The translations under genes were made by a program, and so were the position numbers. A stretch of 35,443 bases of DNA from an uncultured Acidimicrobiaceae bacterium (GTDB lineage: Bacteria > Actinomycetota > Acidimicrobiia > Acidimicrobiales > UBA8592), in assembly GCA_913031515.1 (NCBI GenBank), contig CAJWET010000001.1, forward strand, positions 1 through 35,443, in the 5' to 3' direction. How positions within the stretch are numbered: the stretch's first letter is position 1; every line of letters starts with the position of its first letter. The notes beneath the pieces are model-generated. The model saw only the letters and a list, made by a program, of their open reading frames with translations. It did no database searches and had not been told where the DNA came from. Positions 8,534 through 18,194 of the stretch are shown here, in pieces.

Positions 8534-10012
8534 GTGTCTTTTATCAATAACCTCAAAAATGCTATTGGAAGAAAAGCTACGCCAGATCCTTTTGTTTCTG
8601 ATTTAACTTCAGCACTATCGAAGGATCGAGTTCGATTTGACGCTACCCAACGGTTTCTTCACTCTCACGACGCATCTGTATTTGATGAAGGGAATGCTGG
8701 TCCAGTTTGTTTTCCTACATCTACACAGGAAGTTCAAGAGATCATGAAAATTGCAAAAACCCATGGCCGATCAATTGTTGCAAGGGGCGCAGGAACTGGA
8801 CTTGCAGGTGGGGCGATTCCATTAGGAGCTCCAGCGGTTATAGCGATGACCAAGATGAACAAAATTCTTGAAGTAGATATTGATAATAGGATTGCATGGG
8901 TTGAACCTGGTGTTATCAATCTTGACCTTAGTAGTCACTTAGGGGTCGACGGGTACCATTTTGCTCCTGACCCCTCAAGTCAGCAAGTCTGTACCATTGG
9001 AGGTAACGTTGCAAATAACTCGGGAGGACCTCACTGTCTTGCATATGGCGTAACCGATGCCCATGTGCTCGCTCTAGAGGTTGTCCTCCCTGATGGGGAA
9101 GTAGCTGTTATCGGAGGCCTTGATCCTGAACCACTTGGCTTAGATTTGCGTGGAGCATTTATTGGTAGTGAAGGAACGATGGGGATTACTACAAAAATCG
9201 CAGTTCGAATTACTAAAAACCCTCCTGCTGTCGGAACCTTACTTCTGTCATTCTCATCCATGCGCGCTGCGGCTCAAACAGTGAGTGCAGTCATCGCCGC
9301 CGGCATCGTCCCCGCTGCCATGGAAGTGATGGATCAGCGTATTACAAAAGCTGTTGAAAGTTTTGTTGGTGCCGGATATCCAACTGATGCTGCGGCTGTT
9401 CTCCTTGTCGAAGTAGAAGGATTAACTGACGGAGTTGCCATAGAGGCATCTCGCATTCGAGATATTGGTTTCGAGCAAGGAGCAACAGGTATACGAGTAG
9501 CTGAAAGTGATCATGAACGTGAGCTGTTGTGGAAGGGGCGAAAAACTGCTTTTGGGGCCATTGCACAGATAGCGCCTGATTATTATCTTCACGACACCGT
9601 CGTTCCTCGATCGTCACTTGCTGATGTTCTCGAAAAGGTTGATGAAGTAGCTGAAAAATATGGACTTATTGTGATGAACGTTTTTCATGCAGGCGATGGG
9701 AACTTACACCCTCTTCTTCTCTTTGATGTGCGAGAAGAAGGAATGCTGGAAAAAGTCCATGCTGCAGGAGCAGAAATTATGAAAATCTCTCTTGAAGCAG
9801 GAGGAGTCCTTTCAGGAGAACATGGAATTGGCATTGAAAAACAGGCATACATGAATCAACTTTTCAGCGACGATGATCTTGATCACCAGAATCGGTTACG
9901 GTACGCTTTTGACCCCGATTGTCGTTCGAACCCTGGGAAAGTCCTTCCTTCGGGGCACTCGTGCGCTGATATACAGGCCTTAAAGAAAGTTCCGGAGGGA
10001 ATATGGGGGTAA
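8534..10012 (+). CDS. glcD: Glycolate/D-lactate oxidase FAD-binding subunit GlcD
   Basis: Motifs ARGAGTGLAGGA, APDPSSQQVCTIGGN, GSEGTMG, HAGDGNLHP, GEHGIG and NPGK. GTG start after AAAGGAAG. Confidence 0.88.
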   Translation: MSFINNLKNAIGRKATPDPFVSDLTSALSKDRVRFDATQRFLHSHDASVFDEGNAGPVCFPTSTQEVQEIMKIAKTHGRSIVARGAGTGLAGGAIPLGAPAVIAMTKMNKILEVDIDNRIAWVEPGVINLDLSSHLGVDGYHFAPDPSSQQVCTIGGNVANNSGGPHCLAYGVTDAHVLALEVVLPDGEVAVIGGLDPEPLGLDLRGAFIGSEGTMGITTKIAVRITKNPPAVGTLLLSFSSMRAAAQTVSAVIAAGIVPAAMEVMDQRITKAVESFVGAGYPTDAAAVLLVEVEGLTDGVAIEASRIRDIGFEQGATGIRVAESDHERELLWKGRKTAFGAIAQIAPDYYLHDTVVPRSSLADVLEKVDEVAEKYGLIVMNVFHAGDGNLHPLLLFDVREEGMLEKVHAAGAEIMKISLEAGGVLSGEHGIGIEKQAYMNQLFSDDDLDHQNRLRYAFDPDCRSNPGKVLPSGHSCADIQALKKVPEGIWG

Positions 10013-10935
10013 GCGACAACGCTAAAGCTGACCCTGTTCTGAGTAACTTTGCTCATGAGGTAGGGCCATCACAACCCATTGCTATTGAAGGGAAACGAAC
10101 ACGGTGGAATTTAAACGGTTCATTAGAGTCCGGAGCGAAAGTTCTTCCTGCTCCTTCAGGAATTGTGGAATATAAACCGGAAGAAATGATTGTAACTGTG
10201 CGTGCCGGAACCACAGTACAGGATCTAAATTCGCATCTTGCTTCACATCAACAACGTACGAGTCTGCCTGATCGAGGAGGAACGGTTGGGGGAGCTATCG
10301 CTGTAGGCCATAATGACCTACATCATTTAGGTAGAGGGCCCGTCCGCGATGCTGTCCTGCAGCTCCGATACATCTCTTCCGAAGGTCGTGTCATTACCTG
10401 TGGAGGTCCCGTAGTAAAGAATGTCACTGGGTTTAACCTTCATAAACTCATGGTTGGGTCGTATGGAACTTTAGGCCTCATTGCGGAGGCAACGTTAAGA
10501 ACGAACCCCATCCCATCGGAACAAACTTGGGTGAAAACAACAATAGATCCCAAATTAATTCTCTCGATTCTTCTTCGTCCTTCTGCTGTCCTCTGGGATG
10601 GAACGGCAACTTGGGTACATCTTGAGGGGTATCTAGCAGATGTAGATGCTCAAAAGACAGCTCTTAGAAAATACGGAACTTTGCATGAGGAGGATAGTGC
10701 ACCAGAACTTCCTGCATGCCGCTGGTCATTGCCACCCGCTGACCTATTTAATTTAGATTCGCTCAACATAGGAAGGTTTGTTGCTTCGATTGGTGTTGGC
10801 ACCGTGTGGGCCGAACACCCTCAGCCGATAAGAACGCCTGATAAGGGTAAACAACTTATTGAAAAACGGATGAAACAACAATTCGACCCAGAAAACCGGT
10901 TAAATCCTGGCCGTCTCGTAGGTAACTGGACTTAA
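10003..10935 (+). CDS. glcE: Glycolate oxidase FAD-binding subunit GlcE-like
   Basis: Motifs GIVEYKPEEMIVTVRAGT, GTVGG, GGPVVKNVTGFNL, GSYGTLG and FDPENRLNPG. Lies between glcD and glcF. Confidence 0.82.
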   Translation: MGVSDNAKADPVLSNFAHEVGPSQPIAIEGKRTRWNLNGSLESGAKVLPAPSGIVEYKPEEMIVTVRAGTTVQDLNSHLASHQQRTSLPDRGGTVGGAIAVGHNDLHHLGRGPVRDAVLQLRYISSEGRVITCGGPVVKNVTGFNLHKLMVGSYGTLGLIAEATLRTNPIPSEQTWVKTTIDPKLILSILLRPSAVLWDGTATWVHLEGYLADVDAQKTALRKYGTLHEEDSAPELPACRWSLPPADLFNLDSLNIGRFVASIGVGTVWAEHPQPIRTPDKGKQLIEKRMKQQFDPENRLNPGRLVGNWT

Positions 10936-10937
10936 TA

Positions 10938-12101
10938 ATGAATTTAAACATCAGAGTCGAAGAACTTAATACGTGTGTGCATTGTGGGTTGTGTCTTCCG
11001 CATTGCCCTACTTTTCGTATAACCGGAGAAGAAGCTTTGTCCCCACGCGGGAGAATACGGCTGATGCAGGAAATCCAAACGAATGATAGATCAATTACTA
11101 AAGAAGCAGTCACCTCATTTGATACATGTATCCAATGCCGCGGATGTGAACCTGCATGCCCTAGTGGTGTGCCCTACGGTTCACTAATTGAGCAGGTAAG
11201 AAAAACACTTGTTGAAGAAAGGCATATTCTTCCGAGATGGCAGCAGATTCCGTTTCATATTCTTACACGCCCCCGACTTCTCCGGTTCTTTACGCGATTG
11301 CTGGTAGTCGCTAATAAGCTGCACTTAATTCCGAAACAGTTTGCTTTCCCGAAAAATATTCCACTCCGGAACAAGCCTCTCCGCCGGTCTGGAAATGACG
11401 TGTACCTCTTTACCGGTTGTGTTATGGATGCATGGCAGAGAGAAACCCATCGGTCAGCAAAGAGAGTTCTTGAACGTCTGGGATTTGGTGTTATCCCCAC
11501 AGGAGATCGTATTCCATGCTGCGGAGCATTACACAACCATGCAGGGCTTGTTCAATCAGCAACAGAAATATCAGAAACTGTTATCCAGTCGTTATCGGAT
11601 GACGAACTCCCAATACTTGTGGATTCAGCAGGTTGTGGAGCTGCCCTTAAGGAATACGGTCATCTTGTTGGTACAAACGAAGCTAAGCAGTTCAGTTCTC
11701 GGGTTTTCGATATTCATGAATGGGTTGCCGAGCATCTTGAAGCCCTTCCAGTCTCTCAGAAGCTTCCCATCACTGTAGTTGTCCAAGATCCATGTCACCT
11801 CCGACATGTTCAACGCGCACATGAAGCAGTCAGGTCAGTGCTCGAACCATTTGTCGATACTCTCGTCGATCTTAAAGATGACGGTTTATGTTGTGGAGCT
11901 GGAGGCGCTTTTTCTCTCTTTCAGCCCGCGCTAGCTTCTAAAGCTCGTGAAAGAAAGGTCGCTGAAATCAACGCACAACGCTACGACATTGTTGCAAGTG
12001 CCAACCCAGGATGCTTACTGTATCTTCAACAAGCCGGAATCAAGATTCAACATCCGATGGAGATCGTAGATAAAGCCCTTACTGCAAACTCGGATGTTTG
12101 A
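10938..12101 (+). CDS. glcF: Glycolate oxidase iron-sulfur subunit GlcF
   Basis: Two CxxCxxCxxxCP ferredoxin motifs and two CCG domains (CCGA, SAGCG, DPCHL, ANPGC). Confidence 0.88.
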   Translation: MNLNIRVEELNTCVHCGLCLPHCPTFRITGEEALSPRGRIRLMQEIQTNDRSITKEAVTSFDTCIQCRGCEPACPSGVPYGSLIEQVRKTLVEERHILPRWQQIPFHILTRPRLLRFFTRLLVVANKLHLIPKQFAFPKNIPLRNKPLRRSGNDVYLFTGCVMDAWQRETHRSAKRVLERLGFGVIPTGDRIPCCGALHNHAGLVQSATEISETVIQSLSDDELPILVDSAGCGAALKEYGHLVGTNEAKQFSSRVFDIHEWVAEHLEALPVSQKLPITVVVQDPCHLRHVQRAHEAVRSVLEPFVDTLVDLKDDGLCCGAGGAFSLFQPALASKARERKVAEINAQRYDIVASANPGCLLYLQQAGIKIQHPMEIVDKALTANSDV

Positions 12102-12137
12102 AAAGTCCTAGAAAGTGAGTGTCTTCGCTCTATGGGG

Positions 12138-12143
12138 TATCCT
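12138..12143 (+). promoter_or_regulatory. Candidate -10 element (TATCCT) for tatA
   Basis: A TANNNT hexamer preceded by GGG, about 35 nt upstream of the tatA ATG. Pattern only. Confidence 0.3.
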
Positions 12144-12178
12144 TAAATAGCCGGAAGAAAGTCGATCAAAGGGAAAAA

Positions 12179-12361
12179 ATGGGAAGTATCGGAACTGGTG
12201 AACTCATTATCATTTTGATTGTGCTCCTCGCATTGTTTGGTGGGAAGAAAATACCTGGAGTTGCACGATCTCTCGGGAAGTCCCTCAATGAATTCAAAGC
12301 TGGATTGCGTGATGAACCATCAGCGCCAAATGAGAATTCCAGCTCTGAATCTGAAGACTAA
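12179..12361 (+). CDS. tatA: Twin-arginine translocase subunit TatA/E
   Basis: MGSIGTGELIIILIVLLALFGGKKIPGVARSLGKSLNEFK, with a TM helix, FG hinge and amphipathic helix. Start re-placed at ATG 12179. Confidence 0.92.
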   Translation: MGSIGTGELIIILIVLLALFGGKKIPGVARSLGKSLNEFKAGLRDEPSAPNENSSSESED

Positions 12362-12365
12362 ACCT

Positions 12366-13565
12366 CTAGGCTTCAGGAATGACATTTTTTTCTCGAAGGT
12401 GATCTATATCTGTTTGATCGAAACCAAATTCATTTAAAACTTCAACGGTACTTTGACCCACATGGTCAGTTGACCAAGTTAGTGCAGGTTCTGTTGTCCC
12501 CCACCGGACAGGGGGTTTTGCCATTTTCATTAATCCCGCATCTGGATGTTCCCACTCGACAATGATTTCGTTATTAACTACCTGAGGATCCGTAAATACA
12601 TCATCGATGGTATTGACCTGAGCTGCGGGGACTTCTTCATTATGAAGCTGCTCCATAATGTCATCTGTTGAGAAGTCCAGAAAAGCGTTGTGGAGTAGCT
12701 CTCCCAACGCTGTAAAATTATCGGATTCTAGACGTGTGGCCGGTTCTGCAAAACGAGGGTCCTCTAACCACTCTGGATGTCCTAATGCTCGACATAATCC
12801 TGAGAATTCTTTATCAGAAGCGAAAAAATACACGAGATGCCCATCAGCGGTTTGCTGCAATTTGTAGATCTGATAGATAAGAGCCCCAGGGACCACGTCT
12901 TCACCCCAGAGAGTGTGGCCCATAAATACGTCAGGCCACATCCAGTAAATTGCAGCGTCCAACATTGGAATCTCAAGATGTTGACCAGCAGCCTTACCGG
13001 TTGCTCGAGCAAATAAAGCTGCGCTTATTGCATTTGCCGTAGTGAGAGATGTCGTTTTATCGCAAACGATTGTCCGAATAAGGTCGGGAATAGGAATATC
13101 TTGGCTCTGTTGAATTGAAACAACTCCAGAAACAGATTGGATAATTGGATCGTAAACCCGCCAATCCCTGTATGGGCCGTCTGAACCAAATCCAGAAATT
13201 GAGACGTAAATAAGTTCAGGGTTAATTTCAAGTAGCGTGTCCGGACCTATTCCCATCCGGTCAACTGCGCCGGGCCGAAAATTTTGTACGAATACATCAG
13301 CGGAAGCAGCTATTTTCTTTAAAATAGAAACGCCTTCTTCTTGCGAAAGGTCAAGAGCAACGGATCGTTTCCCTCGGTTCACCGATGCGTACATAGCTGA
13401 AATATCTCCGACACGAAACCCTCCGATCCTCGTAATATCACCTATACCCAATGGTTCAATCTTGATTACATCAGCGCCGAGGTCAGCCAGCACCTGACAA
13501 GCCATAGGCCCAGAAATGACTGCCGACATATCAATTACCTTGATTCCCTCTAATGGCCCAGCCAT
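12366..13565 (-). CDS. CaiB/BaiF family (class III) CoA-transferase
   Basis: Motifs LADLGADVIKIE, NRGKRSVALDL, QNFRPG, SGFGSDGPY and catalytic-region VCDK. AGGAG SD. Confidence 0.9.
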   Translation of the reverse strand: MAGPLEGIKVIDMSAVISGPMACQVLADLGADVIKIEPLGIGDITRIGGFRVGDISAMYASVNRGKRSVALDLSQEEGVSILKKIAASADVFVQNFRPGAVDRMGIGPDTLLEINPELIYVSISGFGSDGPYRDWRVYDPIIQSVSGVVSIQQSQDIPIPDLIRTIVCDKTTSLTTANAISAALFARATGKAAGQHLEIPMLDAAIYWMWPDVFMGHTLWGEDVVPGALIYQIYKLQQTADGHLVYFFASDKEFSGLCRALGHPEWLEDPRFAEPATRLESDNFTALGELLHNAFLDFSTDDIMEQLHNEEVPAAQVNTIDDVFTDPQVVNNEIIVEWEHPDAGLMKMAKPPVRWGTTEPALTWSTDHVGQSTVEVLNEFGFDQTDIDHLREKNVIPEA

Positions 13566-13592
13566 AGATTCTCCTGTCTGTCACCGGTTCTG

Positions 13593-13610
13593 TGTAAGCG
13601 CGACTTTACA
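13593..13610. promoter_or_regulatory. Candidate operator, TGTAA-N8-TTACA inverted repeat
   Basis: tgtaagcgcgactttaca lies 28-45 nt upstream of the CoA-transferase start. Confidence 0.3.
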
Positions 13611-13651
13611 AGCTGATATGCGGTTAAACCAGTTCGGTTGCTCTTAACTTC

Positions 13652-14326
13652 TCAGGCAATGTCGGAAAGAAAACTCTGAATGGCTGACCCCACGTCAGAG
13701 GAATATTTTTGGTGGACTGAATGTCCTGCCCCGGAAACTATGACAGATGCTCTTACGTCCAAGTATTTTTCAAAAACTGCCATGGAGGCTGCAAATCGTT
13801 TGTCGTTCTCTCCAACAATGACCAGAACAGGAACGGTAATTTCTTCAAGAGAATCAATGACCCAAGAGTCAACATGTAATGCTGCTTCTTCGCTTCCTTC
13901 AGGAATATCCATCTTCTTTGCACCATCTCGAACAAAAGCATTCCACTGTTCTCGAGTTTCTTCTTTTCGGAACCCCGGACCCGCTGCTATCAATACCAAC
14001 GCTTTAACTCGATCAGGATGCTGTAGACAAAAAGCTAATGACAAGTATCCGCCGAGCGAATGGCCGACTAGCACGACTGGGTCGTCTGCCATATCGACGA
14101 TCTGGGTTAAGTCACCTAACGTGTGGTCTCTTGTGTAGTTTCCCGATGGGGGGGCATCCGATTCACCATGACCTCGAATACTCCATGCGATATTCCGAAC
14201 ACTTTCCCCGAGTGATTGGATTACTCCGTCCCAAGCAGTTCGATCATCCGCCCACCCGTGGGTATAGACAATAGGAATTCCCTCGCCTTTTTCAAAAATA
14301 TCTAAATTTACCTGGTTCGGATCCAT
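13652..14326 (-). CDS. Alpha/beta-fold hydrolase (esterase-like)
   Basis: HGW oxyanion motif, RGHGES, nucleophile GHSLG, and acid and His candidates in GEND and AGH. Confidence 0.88.
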   Translation of the reverse strand: MDPNQVNLDIFEKGEGIPIVYTHGWADDRTAWDGVIQSLGESVRNIAWSIRGHGESDAPPSGNYTRDHTLGDLTQIVDMADDPVVLVGHSLGGYLSLAFCLQHPDRVKALVLIAAGPGFRKEETREQWNAFVRDGAKKMDIPEGSEEAALHVDSWVIDSLEEITVPVLVIVGENDKRFAASMAVFEKYLDVRASVIVSGAGHSVHQKYSSDVGSAIQSFLSDIA

Positions 14327-14345
14327 AAATGCATTTCTGGGTGTC

Positions 14346-14375
14346 GCGCTCTATCGACTTCTATAACTAGAGCGC
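14346..14375 (-). other. 8-bp inverted repeat at the BVMO stop (possible mRNA-stabilising hairpin or weak terminator)
   Basis: gcgctcta-N14-tagagcgc, with no U-tract. Confidence 0.25.
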
Positions 14376-16309
14376 TATTGTAACTCCATGTAGTCCTCAG
14401 GATTGATTTCTCGAGTCTGATCCCAGTATTCCAAGAGGGAAAAAGGCCAATTTTGAGTAATTTTCCCGCTCGGGTTTTTGTACCAACTATTAACTGACGA
14501 TGCTCCCCACGCCATTTTCGCATTTCCATCGTCGATCATTACGTTGTATGCATCGTGGACCTCTTTCTTTACATCGAGGGCTGCAGCATTGGTCTCCAGT
14601 AGATAACGGATATAACGAGTGATGTAATGCACTTCACATTCGGAAAAATAAATAATGCTGCCATTAATCACTATGTTTGTATTAGGGCCGTACATAAAGA
14701 AAAAGTTTGGAAAATTTGGGCTGACAATTCCAAGGTACGCCTGTGCAACTCCATCCCATTGTTCGTGAAGATCTATCCCCCCCCTTCCAACTATCTTCAT
14801 AGGTGTTAAGAACTCAGATGCTTTAAATCCAGTACCATAAATTAGGATGTCGGCTTCATGAAGTGTTCCATCTTCGGTCCGTAAACCTTGCTCAGTAATT
14901 TCAACTATTGGATCCGCGCACAAATCAACGTCTGGACGCTTTAAAGTAGTAGCCCACAAGCCATCGTCAATCACAAATCTTTTCGCCCCCATGGTGTAAT
15001 CGGGAATGACTTTGTCTAAGAGGTCAGGGTGGTCAGTGAATTCACTTTCTAAATACAGACGTAACATAAAACCTAACTCATGATTGCTAGCGCTTACAGA
15101 GTTATCGCCTTTGGCATTCCACTGTGGGTCTACTTCTAACCGAGGTAAAAGCCCTTCATGGCTTCTCCAGAATAAATGCAACCGGAACCAGTTGTTGTAA
15201 TAGGGAAGGTGGTCGAAACACCAGAGTAAGTTTTCTGGCAGTTCTTTTTGGTATTGGGGTCTTGGCATTAACCAGTTTGGGGTTCGTTGAAATACCGTAG
15301 TAGATGCAGCTATTTCGGCAACCCGAGGAATGAACTGGATAGCGCTACAACCAGTACCGATCACTGCAACACGCTTCCCTTCTAATTTCTCCTCATGATT
15401 CCACTGAGATGAATGCCAAGAAGGCCCTTCGAAAGATTCTCTACCAGAAATATCTGGATATGAAGGCCGGTTAAGTTGGCCAACAGCGCTGACAATACCA
15501 TGGCAGTGAAAGATGTCTTCTCCCTGCTCAGATGTAAGCTCTAACGTCCATCGTCCGCTATCTTCATCCCATACAGCGGAGGAAACTTCTGTCGAGAAAC
15601 GAATCTGATCACGTATTTCAAATTCATCTGCGCAGTCGTTGAAATATTGGAGGAGTACTTCTTGAGTTGAATGAAAGTGAGGCCAGTCATGCTTTTGCAT
15701 GAAAGAGTAACAATAAACATGGTTAGATACGTCAACGCGACAACCCGGATAAGTATTCTCTAACCAAGTACCGCCTATAGCACAATTTTTTTCAAAGATA
15801 ACAAAGTTCACTCCAGCCTGTTTAAGCCGATATGCGGCCAAGATGCCGGACATACCTGCGCCAATAATGGCCACGGTGAAATCACGATCAGGCGCAAATT
15901 CTTCCTTGGACCAGTCCGGCGCTCTTAGATCTTGATTCTCTGGAGCTAGCTCTTCGCTCAACATTTCCAAATATGACCCTTCGAGTTTAGTTCCGCAGGC
16001 CCATGACATAATCGTGCGAAGATCTTCGCCAGACAAAGCGCGACTTCTGGCTTCGCCGGCTCGAAGGCGCTTGATACCTTCCAAAGCGATTATTCGGCAA
16101 AGATCTTGCTCTTCTTGGCTCCATCCGCCTTGCTCTTCAAGTGACTTAGCCGGATCCAACCATAGATTCGCATCTAGTAAAGTTAAATCTCCTAATGCAT
16201 ATGCAAGAGCCGGAAGTAGCGGCGGAAGCTCTATTCCAGGGGAGGAGAGTATTGAAACGATCTCCTCATCAGATTCGCGGATTGGAAGAATATCTGGGGT
16301 AAATGACAT
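14375..16309 (-). CDS. Type I Baeyer-Villiger monooxygenase, 4-hydroxyacetophenone monooxygenase (HAPMO)-like architecture
   Basis: Two Rossmann motifs (GAGMSG, GTGCSA), GGTWLENTYPG and the BVMO fingerprint FEGPSWHSSQW (FxGxxxHxxxW). It has an N-terminal extension of about 140 aa, as in HAPMO. Confidence 0.88.
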   Translation of the reverse strand: MSFTPDILPIRESDEEIVSILSSPGIELPPLLPALAYALGDLTLLDANLWLDPAKSLEEQGGWSQEEQDLCRIIALEGIKRLRAGEARSRALSGEDLRTIMSWACGTKLEGSYLEMLSEELAPENQDLRAPDWSKEEFAPDRDFTVAIIGAGMSGILAAYRLKQAGVNFVIFEKNCAIGGTWLENTYPGCRVDVSNHVYCYSFMQKHDWPHFHSTQEVLLQYFNDCADEFEIRDQIRFSTEVSSAVWDEDSGRWTLELTSEQGEDIFHCHGIVSAVGQLNRPSYPDISGRESFEGPSWHSSQWNHEEKLEGKRVAVIGTGCSAIQFIPRVAEIAASTTVFQRTPNWLMPRPQYQKELPENLLWCFDHLPYYNNWFRLHLFWRSHEGLLPRLEVDPQWNAKGDNSVSASNHELGFMLRLYLESEFTDHPDLLDKVIPDYTMGAKRFVIDDGLWATTLKRPDVDLCADPIVEITEQGLRTEDGTLHEADILIYGTGFKASEFLTPMKIVGRGGIDLHEQWDGVAQAYLGIVSPNFPNFFFMYGPNTNIVINGSIIYFSECEVHYITRYIRYLLETNAAALDVKKEVHDAYNVMIDDGNAKMAWGASSVNSWYKNPSGKITQNWPFSLLEYWDQTREINPEDYMELQ

Positions 16310-16366
16310 AGTCGGTCCTTAACCAGAGATTAGTTGTGGTCAACAATATGTACCATTTCTCGTGTT

Positions 16367-16412
16367 CTTCTTAAGCAAGTTCATTTTTCTTCTTCAAGCA
16401 AGTTCATTTTTC
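16367..16412. repeat. 23-bp tandem direct repeat, 2 copies, in a divergent intergenic region
   Basis: cttcttaagcaagttcatttttc and ttcttcaagcaagttcatttttc are 21/23 identical, with an exact 17-bp core. Confidence 0.9.
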
Positions 16413-16458
16413 CAACTAGATGATTTAGGATAAGTAGAGAGTTTCCGGGGGGCTATCA

Positions 16459-17280
16459 ATGGGGCAGTTTATGCAAGCTGTAATACCGAAATTCCATAAG
16501 TTAGTTTCATTATGTAAACAACCGAGCCTTCGATTATCTGTTTTCTTCAATATTGTTACATTCGGGTTGTTGTGGTTAGGGTATTCTACGGTCCGCCGTT
16601 TTACATCTGACTCATGGCAAATAGCTCAGGAAAATGCTGTCCGGGTAGTTGATTTTCAAGAACGGATGGGCCTTCCGAGCGAGGTAGTTCTCCAAAAGCA
16701 AATCATTGATGTTGATTGGATGGTTCGTGTGGCGAATGTTTTTTACTTCGCTATGCATTTCCCTACCATGATCATCTTCCTTCTTTGGGCAATGTTCCAA
16801 AAACGTGAATGGATGGCTAGGATCCGGTTTGCTTTGATCAGTACAACAACTATTGGTCTTATTATCCACCTTGCCTTTCCTCTTGCTCCGCCAAGACTTA
16901 CTGAAATATCTGGATTTGTTGACACTGCAAAAGTTTTTGGTCCGGACCCTTACAAGCTTGGAATTGCGAAAGCAGCTAACCAATATGCAGCAATGCCTTC
17001 ATTGCACGTTGGTTGGGCTCTACTTCTCGCATTGGCGGTTCTTTCCATCACTAAAACCCGATATCGCTGGCTCATTTTGTTACATCCAGTTATTACTACA
17101 ATCGTCGTTGTAATAACAGCGAATCACTGGTGGTTGGACATCTTTGTTGGAGCGATTCTTGGTTGGGCAGGTTGGATAGTTGCATCTAAATATCGACCCC
17201 TTTTAAAGCAGTCCAAGGATGAAGGTATGCCTGTATCAGAAGATAATCTAGCGGATCTGGAAACAACTGCTACTGAATGA
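16459..17280 (+). CDS. PAP2-superfamily membrane protein (PAP2_3, Aur1/IPC-synthase-like)
   Basis: Several TM helices and the motifs PLAPPRL, AAMPSLHVGWA and TANHWWLD. Confidence 0.85.
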   Translation: MGQFMQAVIPKFHKLVSLCKQPSLRLSVFFNIVTFGLLWLGYSTVRRFTSDSWQIAQENAVRVVDFQERMGLPSEVVLQKQIIDVDWMVRVANVFYFAMHFPTMIIFLLWAMFQKREWMARIRFALISTTTIGLIIHLAFPLAPPRLTEISGFVDTAKVFGPDPYKLGIAKAANQYAAMPSLHVGWALLLALAVLSITKTRYRWLILLHPVITTIVVVITANHWWLDIFVGAILGWAGWIVASKYRPLLKQSKDEGMPVSEDNLADLETTATE

Positions 17281-17297
17281 CGTCATTCGTGAGAAAT

Positions 17298-18194
17298 CTA
17301 TATTCCCATATCATGGTGTGGGGGACATTGAAACTCAGAAATAGCGTCGGCTCTCCTGTGGAGAAGATCGACGGTGTCATCAAGGTCTCTGCCGATAATA
17401 AATCGGCGTTCATGAACAGCTTGGACGACAAATGCTCCGAGTTCATCGAGGTCCGCTACTTTCACGTCACGCCCCGCTTTTTCTAGAAGGCTCTTCATCT
17501 CATCAAAAGTCATGGATTTTCTGCCTGTTCCACCCCGGACCCTTTGGAGTTCCGCAGGGCGATTCCTTTGCGAAGTGAAAAGACCTGTGTTCATTAGTCC
17601 TCCAGATGGATAAAACACAGAAGCCGCCATGTTTTTCGTTTCGCTTAAAAGCTGGTGATTTAACGCTTCTGTAAAGCAACTCACTGCCGCTTTACTTGAT
17701 GCGTACACTGATGCCATAGGGACAGGGGCGAATCCGCCATCTCCAGAGGATGTATTAACGACATGTCCGGGTTCTCCCGATTCAATCATCTTTGGAACAA
17801 AGGAAATAACTCCATGAGCTGTTCCAAATACATTCACGCCAAAGCACCACTTCCAATCGTTTGGTTCGTTCTGCCAAGCTTTGCCTCCACCTCCTGAACC
17901 AACGCCAGCATTATTGAATAAAAGATTACATTTTCCGTGAGTGTCGAAAACATATTGAGATAATGCTTCAACAGAAGCTTCATCAGCTACATCGGTAAGA
18001 AAACTATCTACAGGCCCCATCGATGATAATTCCTTTACCGTTTCAGCAAGAATAGGTTCTTCAATGTCAGCAATAACAACAGACGCTCCATTGGAAAGCA
18101 GTGCTTTGACAATCCCTTTCCCTATACCATTTGCTCCTCCAGTAACAACAGCGAGCGAACCTTCAATGCTGATATTTTCTAGTTCGTTTCCCAT
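17298..18194 (-). CDS. Short-chain dehydrogenase/reductase
   Basis: Motifs TGGANGIG, NNAGV, NTSS and YASSK. The start is re-placed at ATG 18194, which overlaps the upstream TGA (TGATG coupling). Confidence 0.9.
   Translation of the reverse strand: MGNELENISIEGSLAVVTGGANGIGKGIVKALLSNGASVVIADIEEPILAETVKELSSMGPVDSFLTDVADEASVEALSQYVFDTHGKCNLLFNNAGVGSGGGGKAWQNEPNDWKWCFGVNVFGTAHGVISFVPKMIESGEPGHVVNTSSGDGGFAPVPMASVYASSKAAVSCFTEALNHQLLSETKNMAASVFYPSGGLMNTGLFTSQRNRPAELQRVRGGTGRKSMTFDEMKSLLEKAGRDVKVADLDELGAFVVQAVHERRFIIGRDLDDTVDLLHRRADAISEFQCPPHHDMGI

Noticed and set aside
16333-16340. 8-mer GTTGTGGT shared with 32261-32268, at a similar distance from two start codons
   Set aside because: A shared 8-mer among about 2 kb of intergenic DNA is expected by chance.
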